In this document: piece after piece, positions 12,421-20,865 of the stretch
How positions within the stretch are numbered: position 1 is the first letter of the stretch
How the letters are laid out: each line of letters opens with the position of its first letter
Assembly: GCA_043808785.1 (NCBI GenBank)
Contig: JAZDEL010000009.1
Coordinates: 150,653 to 182,652, forward strand
Direction of reading: 5' to 3'
DNA from: Candidatus Iainarchaeum sp.
Lineage (GTDB): Archaea; Iainarchaeota; Iainarchaeia; Iainarchaeales; JAZDEL01
DNA length: 32,000 bases
Program-made: the position numbers and the translations under genes
The notes under the pieces: generated by a model
Told to the model about the DNA's origin: nothing
The model's database searches: none
Seen by the model: the letters and a program-made list of their open reading frames with translations, nothing else

Positions 12421-14092
12421 GATACCCTCCTTTGCTGTATGCGAGGTCCAAAAATTCGCAGTCTATGTACGCCTCGCCGCCGTAAACAATGTCGGGCTTA
12501 TATTTTGCAACGGTTTTTTCCCTGTCTTCGCAGCCTGCTGTCGGGAACTCAATTACATCCTGCAGCGACTGCAGGCTTGCGCCAAGCCTTGCGGCGCCTG
12601 TTTCAACAACTTTCCTCTCGGAGATAAGGTAAACAGGCTTCGCAGCCCAGGGCAAAGCCATTACTACATAATCCGAGTGGGAATTTTCTGCAATCCATTT
12701 TATTGCATCGGCCTCCCCGAGCTCGATGTTATGGTAAAAGCCCGCCCTGTTTGTGTATGGTTCGGCAGTGAGCTGCTGCAGGAGGAAAACCGCAAGCGCA
12801 AAAACCGCAACAGCGTGCAGAACCCTTGAGGGCCTTGGAGGAATCTGCGCCGCGATTTTCGAAAGCGCATTTATTATTGCGAAAAGCCCTATTCCCGCTG
12901 CAATAAGCGCCATCACGGCAAATGCGGGGGTTGTGCGCCTGCAGGGGCCGAGCAGGCATATGCCGCTGCTGTCCGCATATGCGCGCACAAGGAAGAGGAG
13001 GGCGATGAAAAAGAGCATGAGTTTAGGGAAGTGCGTGCGCGCATTGCGCAGTGCGGAGGAATATGCATCGGATTTTGGCAATGCGCTGGCAGTGCGCGAA
13101 CCAGCGGTTTCTTTTGCCCCTGCGCGCGCTGTGCCCGAGCCTGCAGCAGTTTTCCTCCCCGCAAGCGCCGCCCTTACTAAAGGCAGGAGCAGCCATCCAA
13201 GCCCCGCCAATGCAAGCGCAAAAGTGAGCGGCGTGATGTAAGGGATAAGCTGGTATGTTGCCGTCGTGTCCCCGTAATTCCACACAAGGAAATCCACGAT
13301 GCGCTGCAGCGTTAGTAAAGGGTTCGAGAAATCCCACTGCACAAAGCGCGCTGAAAGCGCGATAAGCACCGCAGTGCCGAGCACGATTTTTGGCAGGTTC
13401 CTTTTCAGCCCGCGAGGGGCTGAGATAATGTAAAGGGCAAATACAGGTATGAAAACCACCGCATAAACCGCGTGCGTGAGGGTTATGTTAATGAAAACCG
13501 CGAGCAGCAGCAGGAAGTACGCCCAGGAGCCAAGGCCGCGCAGGAAAAGGTAGGCCATAACGGGAATTGCGGCAAGGCCCATTGCCATTGGCACAAGAAT
13601 CCAGTAGCCGAGGAATGCTATGTTGTTGTGCAGGAACAGGACAAAGACTGCTGAGAGCAGCGCTGCAAAGCGCTTTCCCGTGATGAATTTCACAAGCACG
13701 AATGCCGAGAGCGACATAAGGAATGTGAGCATGGGCGGGATAACGAGCGGAATAAGCGTGAAGTCAAGGCCGGTGAACTGGCGGAAAACAAGCAGGAATA
13801 TGTCGTAGTTCAGCTCAAGGTTCCTCACAGCAAACCTGTACTGCGTTATGTAAGGGTCGTAAAGCACCCTGCCCTCCGTCCTTTCCATTTCCGCAACTGT
13901 TGCAAGGTGGTCGTATTCATCGGAGTGTATCGGAAGCGGGTAATTGTAGTGCATGGAATAGTTCAGGGCAATTGAGAGAAGGAAAAGCGCTGCAATAACC
14001 GCTATTTCAGAGCGCGGGGTTTTTGCGCGTTGCCGCTCCGCCGAAGGGCGGAGCATGTCCTGAAAAGCCTGCGGAAGGCCTGCACCCATCAT
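12398..14092 (-). CDS. Large polytopic membrane protein, GT-C-like (putative glycosyl- or oligosaccharyl-transferase, or glycan polymerase)
   Basis: 564 aa with at least 12 hydrophobic segments. The acidic first-loop motifs IHSDEYDHL and LYDPYITQYRF are reminiscent of STT3/AglB-type loop 1. It has a soluble C-terminal domain of about 140 aa. I saw no WWDxG motif, so it is not called AglB. A low-complexity Ala/Gly/Thr/Arg loop sits mid-protein. Confidence 0.6.
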   Translation of the reverse strand: MMGAGLPQAFQDMLRPSAERQRAKTPRSEIAVIAALFLLSIALNYSMHYNYPLPIHSDEYDHLATVAEMERTEGRVLYDPYITQYRFAVRNLELNYDIFLLVFRQFTGLDFTLIPLVIPPMLTFLMSLSAFVLVKFITGKRFAALLSAVFVLFLHNNIAFLGYWILVPMAMGLAAIPVMAYLFLRGLGSWAYFLLLLAVFINITLTHAVYAVVFIPVFALYIISAPRGLKRNLPKIVLGTAVLIALSARFVQWDFSNPLLTLQRIVDFLVWNYGDTTATYQLIPYITPLTFALALAGLGWLLLPLVRAALAGRKTAAGSGTARAGAKETAGSRTASALPKSDAYSSALRNARTHFPKLMLFFIALLFLVRAYADSSGICLLGPCRRTTPAFAVMALIAAGIGLFAIINALSKIAAQIPPRPSRVLHAVAVFALAVFLLQQLTAEPYTNRAGFYHNIELGEADAIKWIAENSHSDYVVMALPWAAKPVYLISERKVVETGAARLGASLQSLQDVIEFPTAGCEDREKTVAKYKPDIVYGGEAYIDCEFLDLAYSKGGYHVYVPNR

Positions 14093-14101
14093 TGTTTCCC
14101 C

Positions 14102-14926
14102 CTAATAGCCCTGCACGCTCATAACCCTGAAGAGCCTGCGGAAAAGGTAAACCGCCGCAAGAGGCGCGACAACCGCAAAGAAGAGCAGGTACATCAGCGG
14201 CTCGAAAGGCACAATGCCGTGGAGCCATATCGACCTGATTACATTAACGCCCTGATATATGGGGTTGAAGTACGCTATCGTGGGGAGGATGCCGCCTATC
14301 GCGCCGAACTGCGGCACGCGCAGCACCTCAAGAGGGTAATAGAAGCACGAGAAAAACACGACAACAATCCGCATATAGCCGAAGAGCGGGACAAAGTTCT
14401 CGTTGAACAGGCCTGCACAGCCGACAATGAGCCCTATGCTCAGCGAAACAGTGAAAAGGAGCAGGAGCGCAAAGAGCACAAGCGCGAGATTGACGAAAGA
14501 AATCGGCATCAGGAAAAAGCAAAGCGCAAGGAACATCAGCGTCGAAGGGAAGAGGGAAATAGCCTCCGCAAGCCCCACACCGAAGATGAGCGAGAGCCTG
14601 TTTATGGGCGCGAGCAGGGTTGCATCAACGGTCTGCCAGTATTTCTCCGCGGTGAACTTCTGCAGGAACGTGGACCATCCGCTGAAAAAGAACACGTCCG
14701 CAAGCATGCCGAGCACAAGGAAAACAACGAAGTTCTGCGAGGTTACCTCGTTGCCTATTGCGGCAGTGCCCTGCCCCAGAAGAAAGAAGCCCCAGTAAAC
14801 CAGGAGGAACGGCATTATGCGCATCAGCGGGGAAATCATGCTGTCCGCGAAGAATGCGAACTTGAAACGCATGGCAAGCGTTGTTTCCTTCTCGCCTATG
14901 GCAAGCGACTCGTCTATTATGCTCAT
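14102..14926 (-). CDS. ABC-2 type transporter permease
   Basis: 274 aa with six TM segments. EKYWQTVDATLLAPINRLSLIFG matches the ABC-2 motif (E...GTlE.ll..P.sr). It overlaps the upstream ATPase gene by 4 nt. Confidence 0.8.
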   Translation of the reverse strand: MSIIDESLAIGEKETTLAMRFKFAFFADSMISPLMRIMPFLLVYWGFFLLGQGTAAIGNEVTSQNFVVFLVLGMLADVFFFSGWSTFLQKFTAEKYWQTVDATLLAPINRLSLIFGVGLAEAISLFPSTLMFLALCFFLMPISFVNLALVLFALLLLFTVSLSIGLIVGCAGLFNENFVPLFGYMRIVVVFFSCFYYPLEVLRVPQFGAIGGILPTIAYFNPIYQGVNVIRSIWLHGIVPFEPLMYLLFFAVVAPLAAVYLFRRLFRVMSVQGY

Positions 14927-15918
14927 ACAACAGACCTCGCGGCGGTGAGCCTGACAAACACGTCTATAAGGCTGGGCTGCTCCTCGCGTATTGTCGTTAT
15001 CTTATAGCAGGAGAGGAATGAAAGAAGGTCGGGCAGGAATTTCTTGTCCTCGAGAAGGACGCGCACCCCGACCTCGGAAAGTTCAACCGAGTGTATGTAG
15101 TCCTGCTTCCTGAGCTGACCGAGCACGGATTCGTCGACATAGCTCAGCCCGATATCAACAGCAACATTCTTTGCAATAACCTTCTTCAGGTTTGCGGGCG
15201 TGTCCTCCATCACAAGCCTGCCCCTGTTCATTATGCCTATCCTGTCGCAGAGGTCGTTCGCCTCGTCCATGTAGTGCGTCGTTATGACAACCGTTTTTTC
15301 CATTTCCTTTATTAACTGCCTTATCTGCAGGGATATTTTCGGGTCAAGGCCGAGCGTGGGCTCGTCAAGGAACAAAATATCGGGGTCGTGCAGCAGTGCG
15401 CGCGCAAGCGCAAGCTTTGATTTCATTCCCGAGGAGTAATGCTCCACATATGAATCAAGCCACTGCCCGAGGCCTAAGAAGTCTGTAAGTTCGCGTATGC
15501 GCTCATCAAGGTTTTTCACCTTGTAGAGCTTGCCGAAAAACCTGAGGTTGTCCCTGCCCGTCATCCTGTGGTAAATCATCGAGAAGCCGAACATGACGCC
15601 TATGCGCTGCCAGGCTTCCTGCGGGGGCCTGCCCTCTATAACAACCCTGCCTTCGGTCGGCGTAATCAGGCCGACAAGCATCTTTGTTGTTGTTGTCTTT
15701 CCCGCGCCGTTGGGGCCGAGGAGGCCGTAAATCTCGCCCTCCTTTATCCTGAGCGAAACATCATCAACCGCACGGAACATCTGGTGCTGCGGGAAAAGGA
15801 AATCCACGAACATATTTCCCGTGTGCTGCGCCTTCGAATAGGTTTTCACAAGGTTGTCGGCTTCGATTACGTAATCGCGCTTCTTTACCCCTGCTTCTAC
15901 CTCGAGGCCGAATGGCAT
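14923..15918 (-). CDS. ABC transporter ATP-binding protein (ABC-2/DrrA-like exporter ATPase)
   Basis: Walker A GPNGAGKTT, Q-loop region, signature YSSGMKSKLALARAL, Walker B ILFLDEPTLGLD, H-loop ITTHYMDEA. Confidence 0.92.
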   Translation of the reverse strand: MPFGLEVEAGVKKRDYVIEADNLVKTYSKAQHTGNMFVDFLFPQHQMFRAVDDVSLRIKEGEIYGLLGPNGAGKTTTTKMLVGLITPTEGRVVIEGRPPQEAWQRIGVMFGFSMIYHRMTGRDNLRFFGKLYKVKNLDERIRELTDFLGLGQWLDSYVEHYSSGMKSKLALARALLHDPDILFLDEPTLGLDPKISLQIRQLIKEMEKTVVITTHYMDEANDLCDRIGIMNRGRLVMEDTPANLKKVIAKNVAVDIGLSYVDESVLGQLRKQDYIHSVELSEVGVRVLLEDKKFLPDLLSFLSCYKITTIREEQPSLIDVFVRLTAARSVV

Positions 15919-16047
15919 TCGGAAAACACCGCCTAAGCGTCAATTTCTAAGAAGAGTAAACCAAACTGTTTAATATAACTTTTCCCGCGGCTTTTTTCGG
16001 CCTGTTTTCGTTTTTTTCGCATTTCCCGGGAATGCCTTACCCTGCAA

Positions 16048-16060
16048 CTTTTAAATAAAG
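16048..16060 (+). promoter_or_regulatory. TATA-like box upstream of the KaiC-like ATPase gene
   Basis: cttttaaataaag lies about 45 nt upstream of ATG 16099. A purine-rich AGGGGA (16085-16090) lies 8-9 nt upstream of the ATG and is SD-like. Confidence 0.4.
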
Positions 16061-16098
16061 ATTACCCTATTTACTATGGTTTTTAGGGGATGCCATAG

Positions 16099-16884
16099 AT
16101 GCCGTTTGGGATAAAGTTTCCGGAAGAGCTTTTGCAAAGCGAAAAACGGGCGAAAGAGCGCGAGACCGCGCTGCCGCTCCGTGTCCCCGGGCTTGACGCA
16201 ATGATAAGCAGGCACGGCATAGAACGCGGCTCCACTCTCCTTATTTCCGGCGGCTGCGGCACGGGAAAAAGCACGCTCGTGCTGCAGTCAATTTACAACG
16301 GCATGCTAAAGGGCGAGAAGGCGGTTTACATTTCATTCGAGCAGGAGGTTGCGGCAATAAAAAAGCACGCAAGGGTTAACTTTGGCTGGGACCTCGAAAA
16401 AATGGAGCGCGAGCGCAGGCTTTTCATGCTGCGCATGGACCCTTTCAAGATTGCGAGAAGCGTCGAGGCGTTCCTTGCGCAGAAGAAGGGCGACCTGCTT
16501 GTGAGCGTGGATGAAATCGAGTTTCCGTTCATACCCGACAGGATTGCCATAGATTCATTGTCCGCACTGAACATCGCCTTCATGGGAAACATGGAGAACT
16601 ACAGGTACTATGTGAGTTACATGTTCGACATGCTGAACAGGTACAACTCGCTGAACTTTGTTGTAAGCGAAACCGAGCTCACAGCGGGAACATACAGCAA
16701 GACCGGCATTGAGGAGTTCCTTGCCGACGGCGTAATTGTGCTCTACAACACGAGCGAGAATTTCGGCGGCGAAAGGAAGCGCGCGCTCGAGATACTGAAG
16801 CTCAGGTTTTCCGAGCACGTGCACAGGCCAGTGCCTTTTAAAATCGGGAAATCAGGAATAAGCCTGCAGAAGCAGGGGATGTAG
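16099..16884 (+). CDS. KaiC/RecA-superfamily single-domain ATPase
   Basis: 261 aa. VPGLDAMISRHGIERGSTLLISGGCGTGKSTLVLQSIYNGMLKGEKAVYISFEQ is the KaiC-domain N-terminus with its Walker A. Walker B-like RIAIDSLSAL. The C-terminal RALEILKLRFSEH matches the KaiC-like R.l.I.K.Rgs.h. Confidence 0.85.
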   Translation: MPFGIKFPEELLQSEKRAKERETALPLRVPGLDAMISRHGIERGSTLLISGGCGTGKSTLVLQSIYNGMLKGEKAVYISFEQEVAAIKKHARVNFGWDLEKMERERRLFMLRMDPFKIARSVEAFLAQKKGDLLVSVDEIEFPFIPDRIAIDSLSALNIAFMGNMENYRYYVSYMFDMLNRYNSLNFVVSETELTAGTYSKTGIEEFLADGVIVLYNTSENFGGERKRALEILKLRFSEHVHRPVPFKIGKSGISLQKQGM

Positions 16885-16930
16885 AGGTTGCGATGCGTGC
16901 AGGGATGCACTGCACAGGGAGGCAGTTGCA

Positions 16931-18736
16931 ATGAACTTCTGGCGGATGAAGGCGGGCAATGTGCGCATTTTGCAGGTGCTTGCGGCACTGCTGCTTATTG
17001 TGCCCCTATCATATGCCGAATGCGGCAACCTTGTCTGCGAGAGCGGCGAGAACGAGTGCAACTGCGCCGCGGACTGCGGCTCCTGCGGCGGCTGGGTTGA
17101 AAATGCGATGTGCCAGACATACACCTGCGCAACAGGCGCATGCGCTCCGACGCTCGCGCTCGACTGCTGCGGAAACGGCATATGCGAGAGGGGCGAAAGC
17201 TTCGGCAGCTGCGAATGGGACTGCGCGCCGAAAACAGTGGAGGTAAGGCTTGAAAAATTCGAGCAGCGGGATTACCTGCGCGGGGACAATGCGTTCGTGC
17301 AGGTTTACGTTTCCGCGGATTCGAAGCCCGCAATTGGCGCTTCGGTAAAGGCAAGCGGCATAGGGGATGTTGCGCTTTACGACGACGGCAACCATTCCGA
17401 CGTCAGGGGCGGCGACGGGATTTATGCAAACAGCATACAAATACCCCTCGGCGCAAAGAAGGGGGATTATGTTGTCACTGTTGCCGCTGTAAAGACAGGG
17501 GTTACTGGCACGAAAACATTCACGCTTGCGGTTAACCCTGAAATAGAAATAAAGCTGAATCTTGGCAAGGCGCAATACAGCCTCGGGGACATAATAACTG
17601 CAAGCGGCACGCTCTTGCGCGCGGGAAAGCCGTGCAGGGAAAATGTTTCGCTGGATTTCATCGTAAGCGGGCGCGGCATATTCCACGCCGATGTCAAGCC
17701 CGATGCCGCGGGAAATTTCAGCATCGCACGCAGGACAAGCCTGATAGACCCCGCAGGAACCTGGACACTGAAGGCAGGCGCAAGGGATGAGAATTACAAC
17801 GAGGGCATCATAGAGCAAGAGTTCGGGGTTCTGGCTGCGGAGGGCGGAAAATATTACGTAGTGAGTTTTATAGAGCCCGTTAGGAAGGTGTTCACGCGCG
17901 GCGAGGAGATAAGCTTCCTTGTCAGGGTCGAGGACCTGAACGGCGAAAGCATTCAGGGCGCTGATGCCGAGGTCGCGCTTTCGGACGAGGCAAAGGTCGC
18001 GCTTAAGGAGCTTGCCCCGGGAAATTACGGCGGCACAATGCGCATACCCCTGGATTTCGGGCTCGGCAAGCAGAAGATAACTGCAAACGTTTCAAGATAT
18101 GACGGCGGCGCCCTGCACTCAGGGTTTGCTGAGGGCGTGCTATACACGAACGAGAGCCCCATAACAATAGAGATTATTTCGCCATTGAGGTCGACATTCA
18201 GCGCGGGGGAGAAGATTGATTTCAGGGTAAGGCTGCTTTACTCATTCGACAGGCCCGTGGAGAATGCCGCGCTCGACCTGAACCTTAACGGCAAGATAGC
18301 AAGGGCAAAGGAGGTGGGGGGCGGGATTTATTTCCTGTCGCACACGCTTGCAAAGGACGCCCCTGCGGACTACTATGTTGCGGTTTCTGCAGCGGACAAA
18401 TACATGAACACGGAAACAAAGAACCTTGTTTTCAGCATCAACTCCGAGTTTTCCCTGTTCTATTTCATAGCAAACGACCCGCTTGCGGTTGCCGCTGCAA
18501 TAGTCGTGCTGCTTTTTGCCGTTATTGTGGGGGGGCTTTTTGCCTCGAACTACATAAGGCTGAGGCTGCTAACAGGCAGGAAATGGCGGCTGACCGAAAC
18601 GAAAAAGAAACTGCAGAACGCGTACTTCAACGAACGCGTGATAGGCAGCGAGGAATACTATCCGCTTATGGACAAATACAACGAGGAGCTCGGGAAGATA
18701 GATGCCACGCTGCAGACGCTGCAGCCCAAGAAATAA
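16931..18736 (+). CDS. Surface protein: signal peptide, two CGNxxCExGE..C..DC cysteine repeats, several Ig-like beta domains, C-terminal TM and a conserved cytoplasmic coiled-coil tail
   Basis: 601 aa. The signal peptide is VRILQVLAALLLIVPLSYA. Cys repeats: CGNLVCESGENECNCAADC and CGNGICERGESFGSCEWDC. TM: AAAIVVLLFAVIVGGLFA. The tail ...LQNAYFNERVIGSEEYYPLMDKYNEELGKIDATLQTLQ is shared with the 20866-22119 product. Confidence 0.8.
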   Translation: MNFWRMKAGNVRILQVLAALLLIVPLSYAECGNLVCESGENECNCAADCGSCGGWVENAMCQTYTCATGACAPTLALDCCGNGICERGESFGSCEWDCAPKTVEVRLEKFEQRDYLRGDNAFVQVYVSADSKPAIGASVKASGIGDVALYDDGNHSDVRGGDGIYANSIQIPLGAKKGDYVVTVAAVKTGVTGTKTFTLAVNPEIEIKLNLGKAQYSLGDIITASGTLLRAGKPCRENVSLDFIVSGRGIFHADVKPDAAGNFSIARRTSLIDPAGTWTLKAGARDENYNEGIIEQEFGVLAAEGGKYYVVSFIEPVRKVFTRGEEISFLVRVEDLNGESIQGADAEVALSDEAKVALKELAPGNYGGTMRIPLDFGLGKQKITANVSRYDGGALHSGFAEGVLYTNESPITIEIISPLRSTFSAGEKIDFRVRLLYSFDRPVENAALDLNLNGKIARAKEVGGGIYFLSHTLAKDAPADYYVAVSAADKYMNTETKNLVFSINSEFSLFYFIANDPLAVAAAIVVLLFAVIVGGLFASNYIRLRLLTGRKWRLTETKKKLQNAYFNERVIGSEEYYPLMDKYNEELGKIDATLQTLQPKK

Positions 18737-18881
18737 GGGGGAGTAAAGGCAAGCGATTTCCCTCCCGCAGTGCCGCCTTGTACAGCAACTGCACTTCACG
18801 CCCTACCGCGTTGCTTCACACAGGCAAGGCATCTTCGGCAGCAAAGCCCCGCAAAGCAGATGCACTTACTCCCCTGCTGCG

Positions 18882-20141
18882 CTACTTCATGCAGCGCACC
18901 GACCCGAGCACGTGGTCGCTTATGTCCTTGATTTTCGGGACCTCTTCCTTAAGGGATTTCACAGCAACCGTGTAGAACTTGGAGTTGCACTCCACAATTT
19001 TCGCCTTGTAAAGCCACTCGAGCCTGCCCTGCATGAAAACAAATTCCAAATATGCGCTGTCCACGCCTGTTTTCTCAACAAGTATTGTGGCCTTTAGCTG
19101 GCTCTTCACAAGCGAAACAACCTTGCTCACATATCCGCCGAATGTAAGCGGATATAGTTCCTTTACCGACGACTCCACGCCGCACGCCCCGCTCGAAACC
19201 GAAAGCAGCACATCCTCGGAAACATTAAGGTCCGGCACCCAGCCGGGGTACTCGAAATAGAAGTTGCCGTGCGTGAAAGGGTGGAACTTCACCTTGCGCT
19301 GGAAGAGCTTGCGCGCGTCGATTATGGAGGAGATGCCCTGCACAAACTTTGAGATTCCCTTAGGCGCCTCTTCCGCCTTTCCGATTTCCGCTGCGGCACC
19401 GTATCCGAAAACCACTTTCCCCCTTTCGGGCAGGAGCTCTGTTTCCCTCACTGAAAATTTTTCCTGCAGTGCGGTGCGCGTTTCCGGAACCGCGGCTGCT
19501 GCGGCTTTCCCGCGCCTCCCTGCCGCCTGCTTTGCCTTCACTGCACCCTTTCCTCCCGCCGACCTTAGCGCATCCAGTTCCGCTGCAAAGGATTTGTTTG
19601 CCCCCTCCTTTTCCTGCAGTTCGTTCTGCAGAAGCTCTATCCTCCTGTGCAGGCGCTCTGCCTCGCGCCTGTAATCGCCCTCATTGCCCGCGGCCGCGGC
19701 GCCGGAAGTTTCCGCTGACTTCTCCAGTTCCGCCTCGAGCCCCTCTATGCGCCTGTTTAATTTTTCAACAAGCGCCTCGAGGGATTTTGTGCCCGCACCG
19801 CCGTGCGCGTGCTGCTTGCCCGCAACGGAAATATCCTTAAACTGATCGAGCAGGCTGCCCGAAATCAGGTATTCCGCAATCCCCATTTCCCCGCGCTGCG
19901 GGTCCTTTACGGTTACGCTGTCAAGTATGAGCTGCTGGTTCATGAGCAGCTGCTGCTGCCCCTTCTCCAATGCCGAAAGAAGCTCGTTGTCGAACGCGTA
20001 TTTCATGTACGGGTTCTTGCGTATTATGTTTATTGTGGTGTCAAGATCTGTTGCGCCTTCCGAGAGCTGGCGGATGCTTCTTCTCTCGCGTGCGGCATCT
20101 GCGCCTTTTTTATCCTTCGAGAAAAAATCGAGAAAACCCAT
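18882..20141 (-). CDS. Cytoplasmic coiled-coil protein with a globular C-terminal domain, unknown function
   Basis: The track ORF starts at 20258. I prefer ATG 20141 (MGFLDFFSKDKKG...) because a TATA-like TTTATAATT lies about 29 nt upstream on the minus strand. The central part is heptad-like and charged (LEALVEKLNRRIEGLEAELEK, LHRRIELLQNELQEKE), followed by an Ala/Lys/Gly-rich linker and a C-terminal domain of about 150 aa. Confidence 0.65.
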   Translation of the reverse strand: MGFLDFFSKDKKGADAARERRSIRQLSEGATDLDTTINIIRKNPYMKYAFDNELLSALEKGQQQLLMNQQLILDSVTVKDPQRGEMGIAEYLISGSLLDQFKDISVAGKQHAHGGAGTKSLEALVEKLNRRIEGLEAELEKSAETSGAAAAGNEGDYRREAERLHRRIELLQNELQEKEGANKSFAAELDALRSAGGKGAVKAKQAAGRRGKAAAAAVPETRTALQEKFSVRETELLPERGKVVFGYGAAAEIGKAEEAPKGISKFVQGISSIIDARKLFQRKVKFHPFTHGNFYFEYPGWVPDLNVSEDVLLSVSSGACGVESSVKELYPLTFGGYVSKVVSLVKSQLKATILVEKTGVDSAYLEFVFMQGRLEWLYKAKIVECNSKFYTVAVKSLKEEVPKIKDISDHVLGSVRCMK

Positions 20142-20345
20142 GCTGAACCAATATAACTGTTCAGAATTATAAACCTTTCGCAAGGTTTTTGGTTCGGAAT
20201 CCCGCGAAGGGAGGGCGGGGCAACGCACCAAAGGCAAAAACTGCCCATGCCCGCCCATACGAAAATTTAATAAAGGGTTAGATGGTATTAGATATAGAAA
20301 ATCGGTAGCAAAACTTTACAGCCGAAACTTTGAACGGAGAAGAAA

Positions 20346-20744
20346 ATGGTTTCAAAAGAAATTGTAGGGTATGCGAGGATCGCTTTCCTCGGGGGCTTTG
20401 TTGTTGCGCTCCTGAGCGGATTCATAATTCCCGAGGAACTCGGCGGATACAGGCCGATGTTCAATATGGGCGTAGTGCTGCCGCTTGTTATAATGCTCAT
20501 TCTCGGTTTGACAGGGGTTTTCATTGCGTTCTTTGCAATAAAGCAGGAGGACGAGGTCCGCGTGCTCACAGGCATGACAACCCTGCTTGTTGCAGCGATT
20601 GCGGTATTCACTGTTTCCCCGCCCTCGCTTGCGATAGAGGGCTACACAATAAGGGGCGCGATATCCGCGCTCAGCCTGCTCATTGGGCCGCTTGCGCTCG
20701 TTATTTCGTTCAAGACTATTTTCAGGGCAGTGCTCAGGGAGTAG
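20346..20744 (+). CDS. Small 4-TM membrane protein, unknown function
   Basis: 132 aa with four hydrophobic segments. GGAGA lies 5-6 nt upstream of the ATG (SD-like). A T6 tract (20768-20773) lies downstream. Confidence 0.6.
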   Translation: MVSKEIVGYARIAFLGGFVVALLSGFIIPEELGGYRPMFNMGVVLPLVIMLILGLTGVFIAFFAIKQEDEVRVLTGMTTLLVAAIAVFTVSPPSLAIEGYTIRGAISALSLLIGPLALVISFKTIFRAVLRE

Positions 20745-20834
20745 GCCTGCTCCCAAAGTTGCGGCGGTTTTTTCAACGCATGATTAGCGGCAAGGCAGCA
20801 CTTTTGTTTGCCTGTTCCCCGCCCTACCACGCGG

Positions 20835-20848
20835 TTTATAAATATAAA
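20835..20848 (+). promoter_or_regulatory. TATA-like box, leaderless spacing
   Basis: tttataaatataaa, centred about 25 nt upstream of ATG 20866. Confidence 0.5.
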
Positions 20849-20865
20849 TCGCACTATATATCAGC

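Noticed and set aside
14030-15007. 325-aa plus-strand ORF, very rich in E/R/K/H
   Set aside because: It lies entirely antisense to the well-supported ABC-2 permease and ATPase genes. Its composition is the mirror image of hydrophobic codons, and it has no motifs. It is a shadow ORF typical of GC-rich DNA.
15919-16047. T-rich stretch (cttttttcggcctgttttcgtttttttcgc) as a terminator
   Set aside because: It lies between two divergently transcribed start codons. No gene ends here, so it is more likely part of the divergent promoter or UTR region.
292-18535. G7/C7 homopolymer tracts (292-298, 1073-1079, 8313-8319, 18529-18535) as phase-variation switches
   Set aside because: The tracts are short. 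The coding ones simply encode Gly-Gly in intact frames. Similar G6-G7 runs are scattered through the window, consistent with composition or codon usage rather than contingency loci.
20142-20258. N-terminal extension of the coiled-coil protein (track start 20258), and likewise 26418-26591 for the methyltransferase
   Set aside because: The extensions are Pro/Arg/Ser-rich with no predicted structure, and they would cover the promoter-like A/T boxes. Internal ATGs with proper upstream context were preferred. This is unverified without TSS data.
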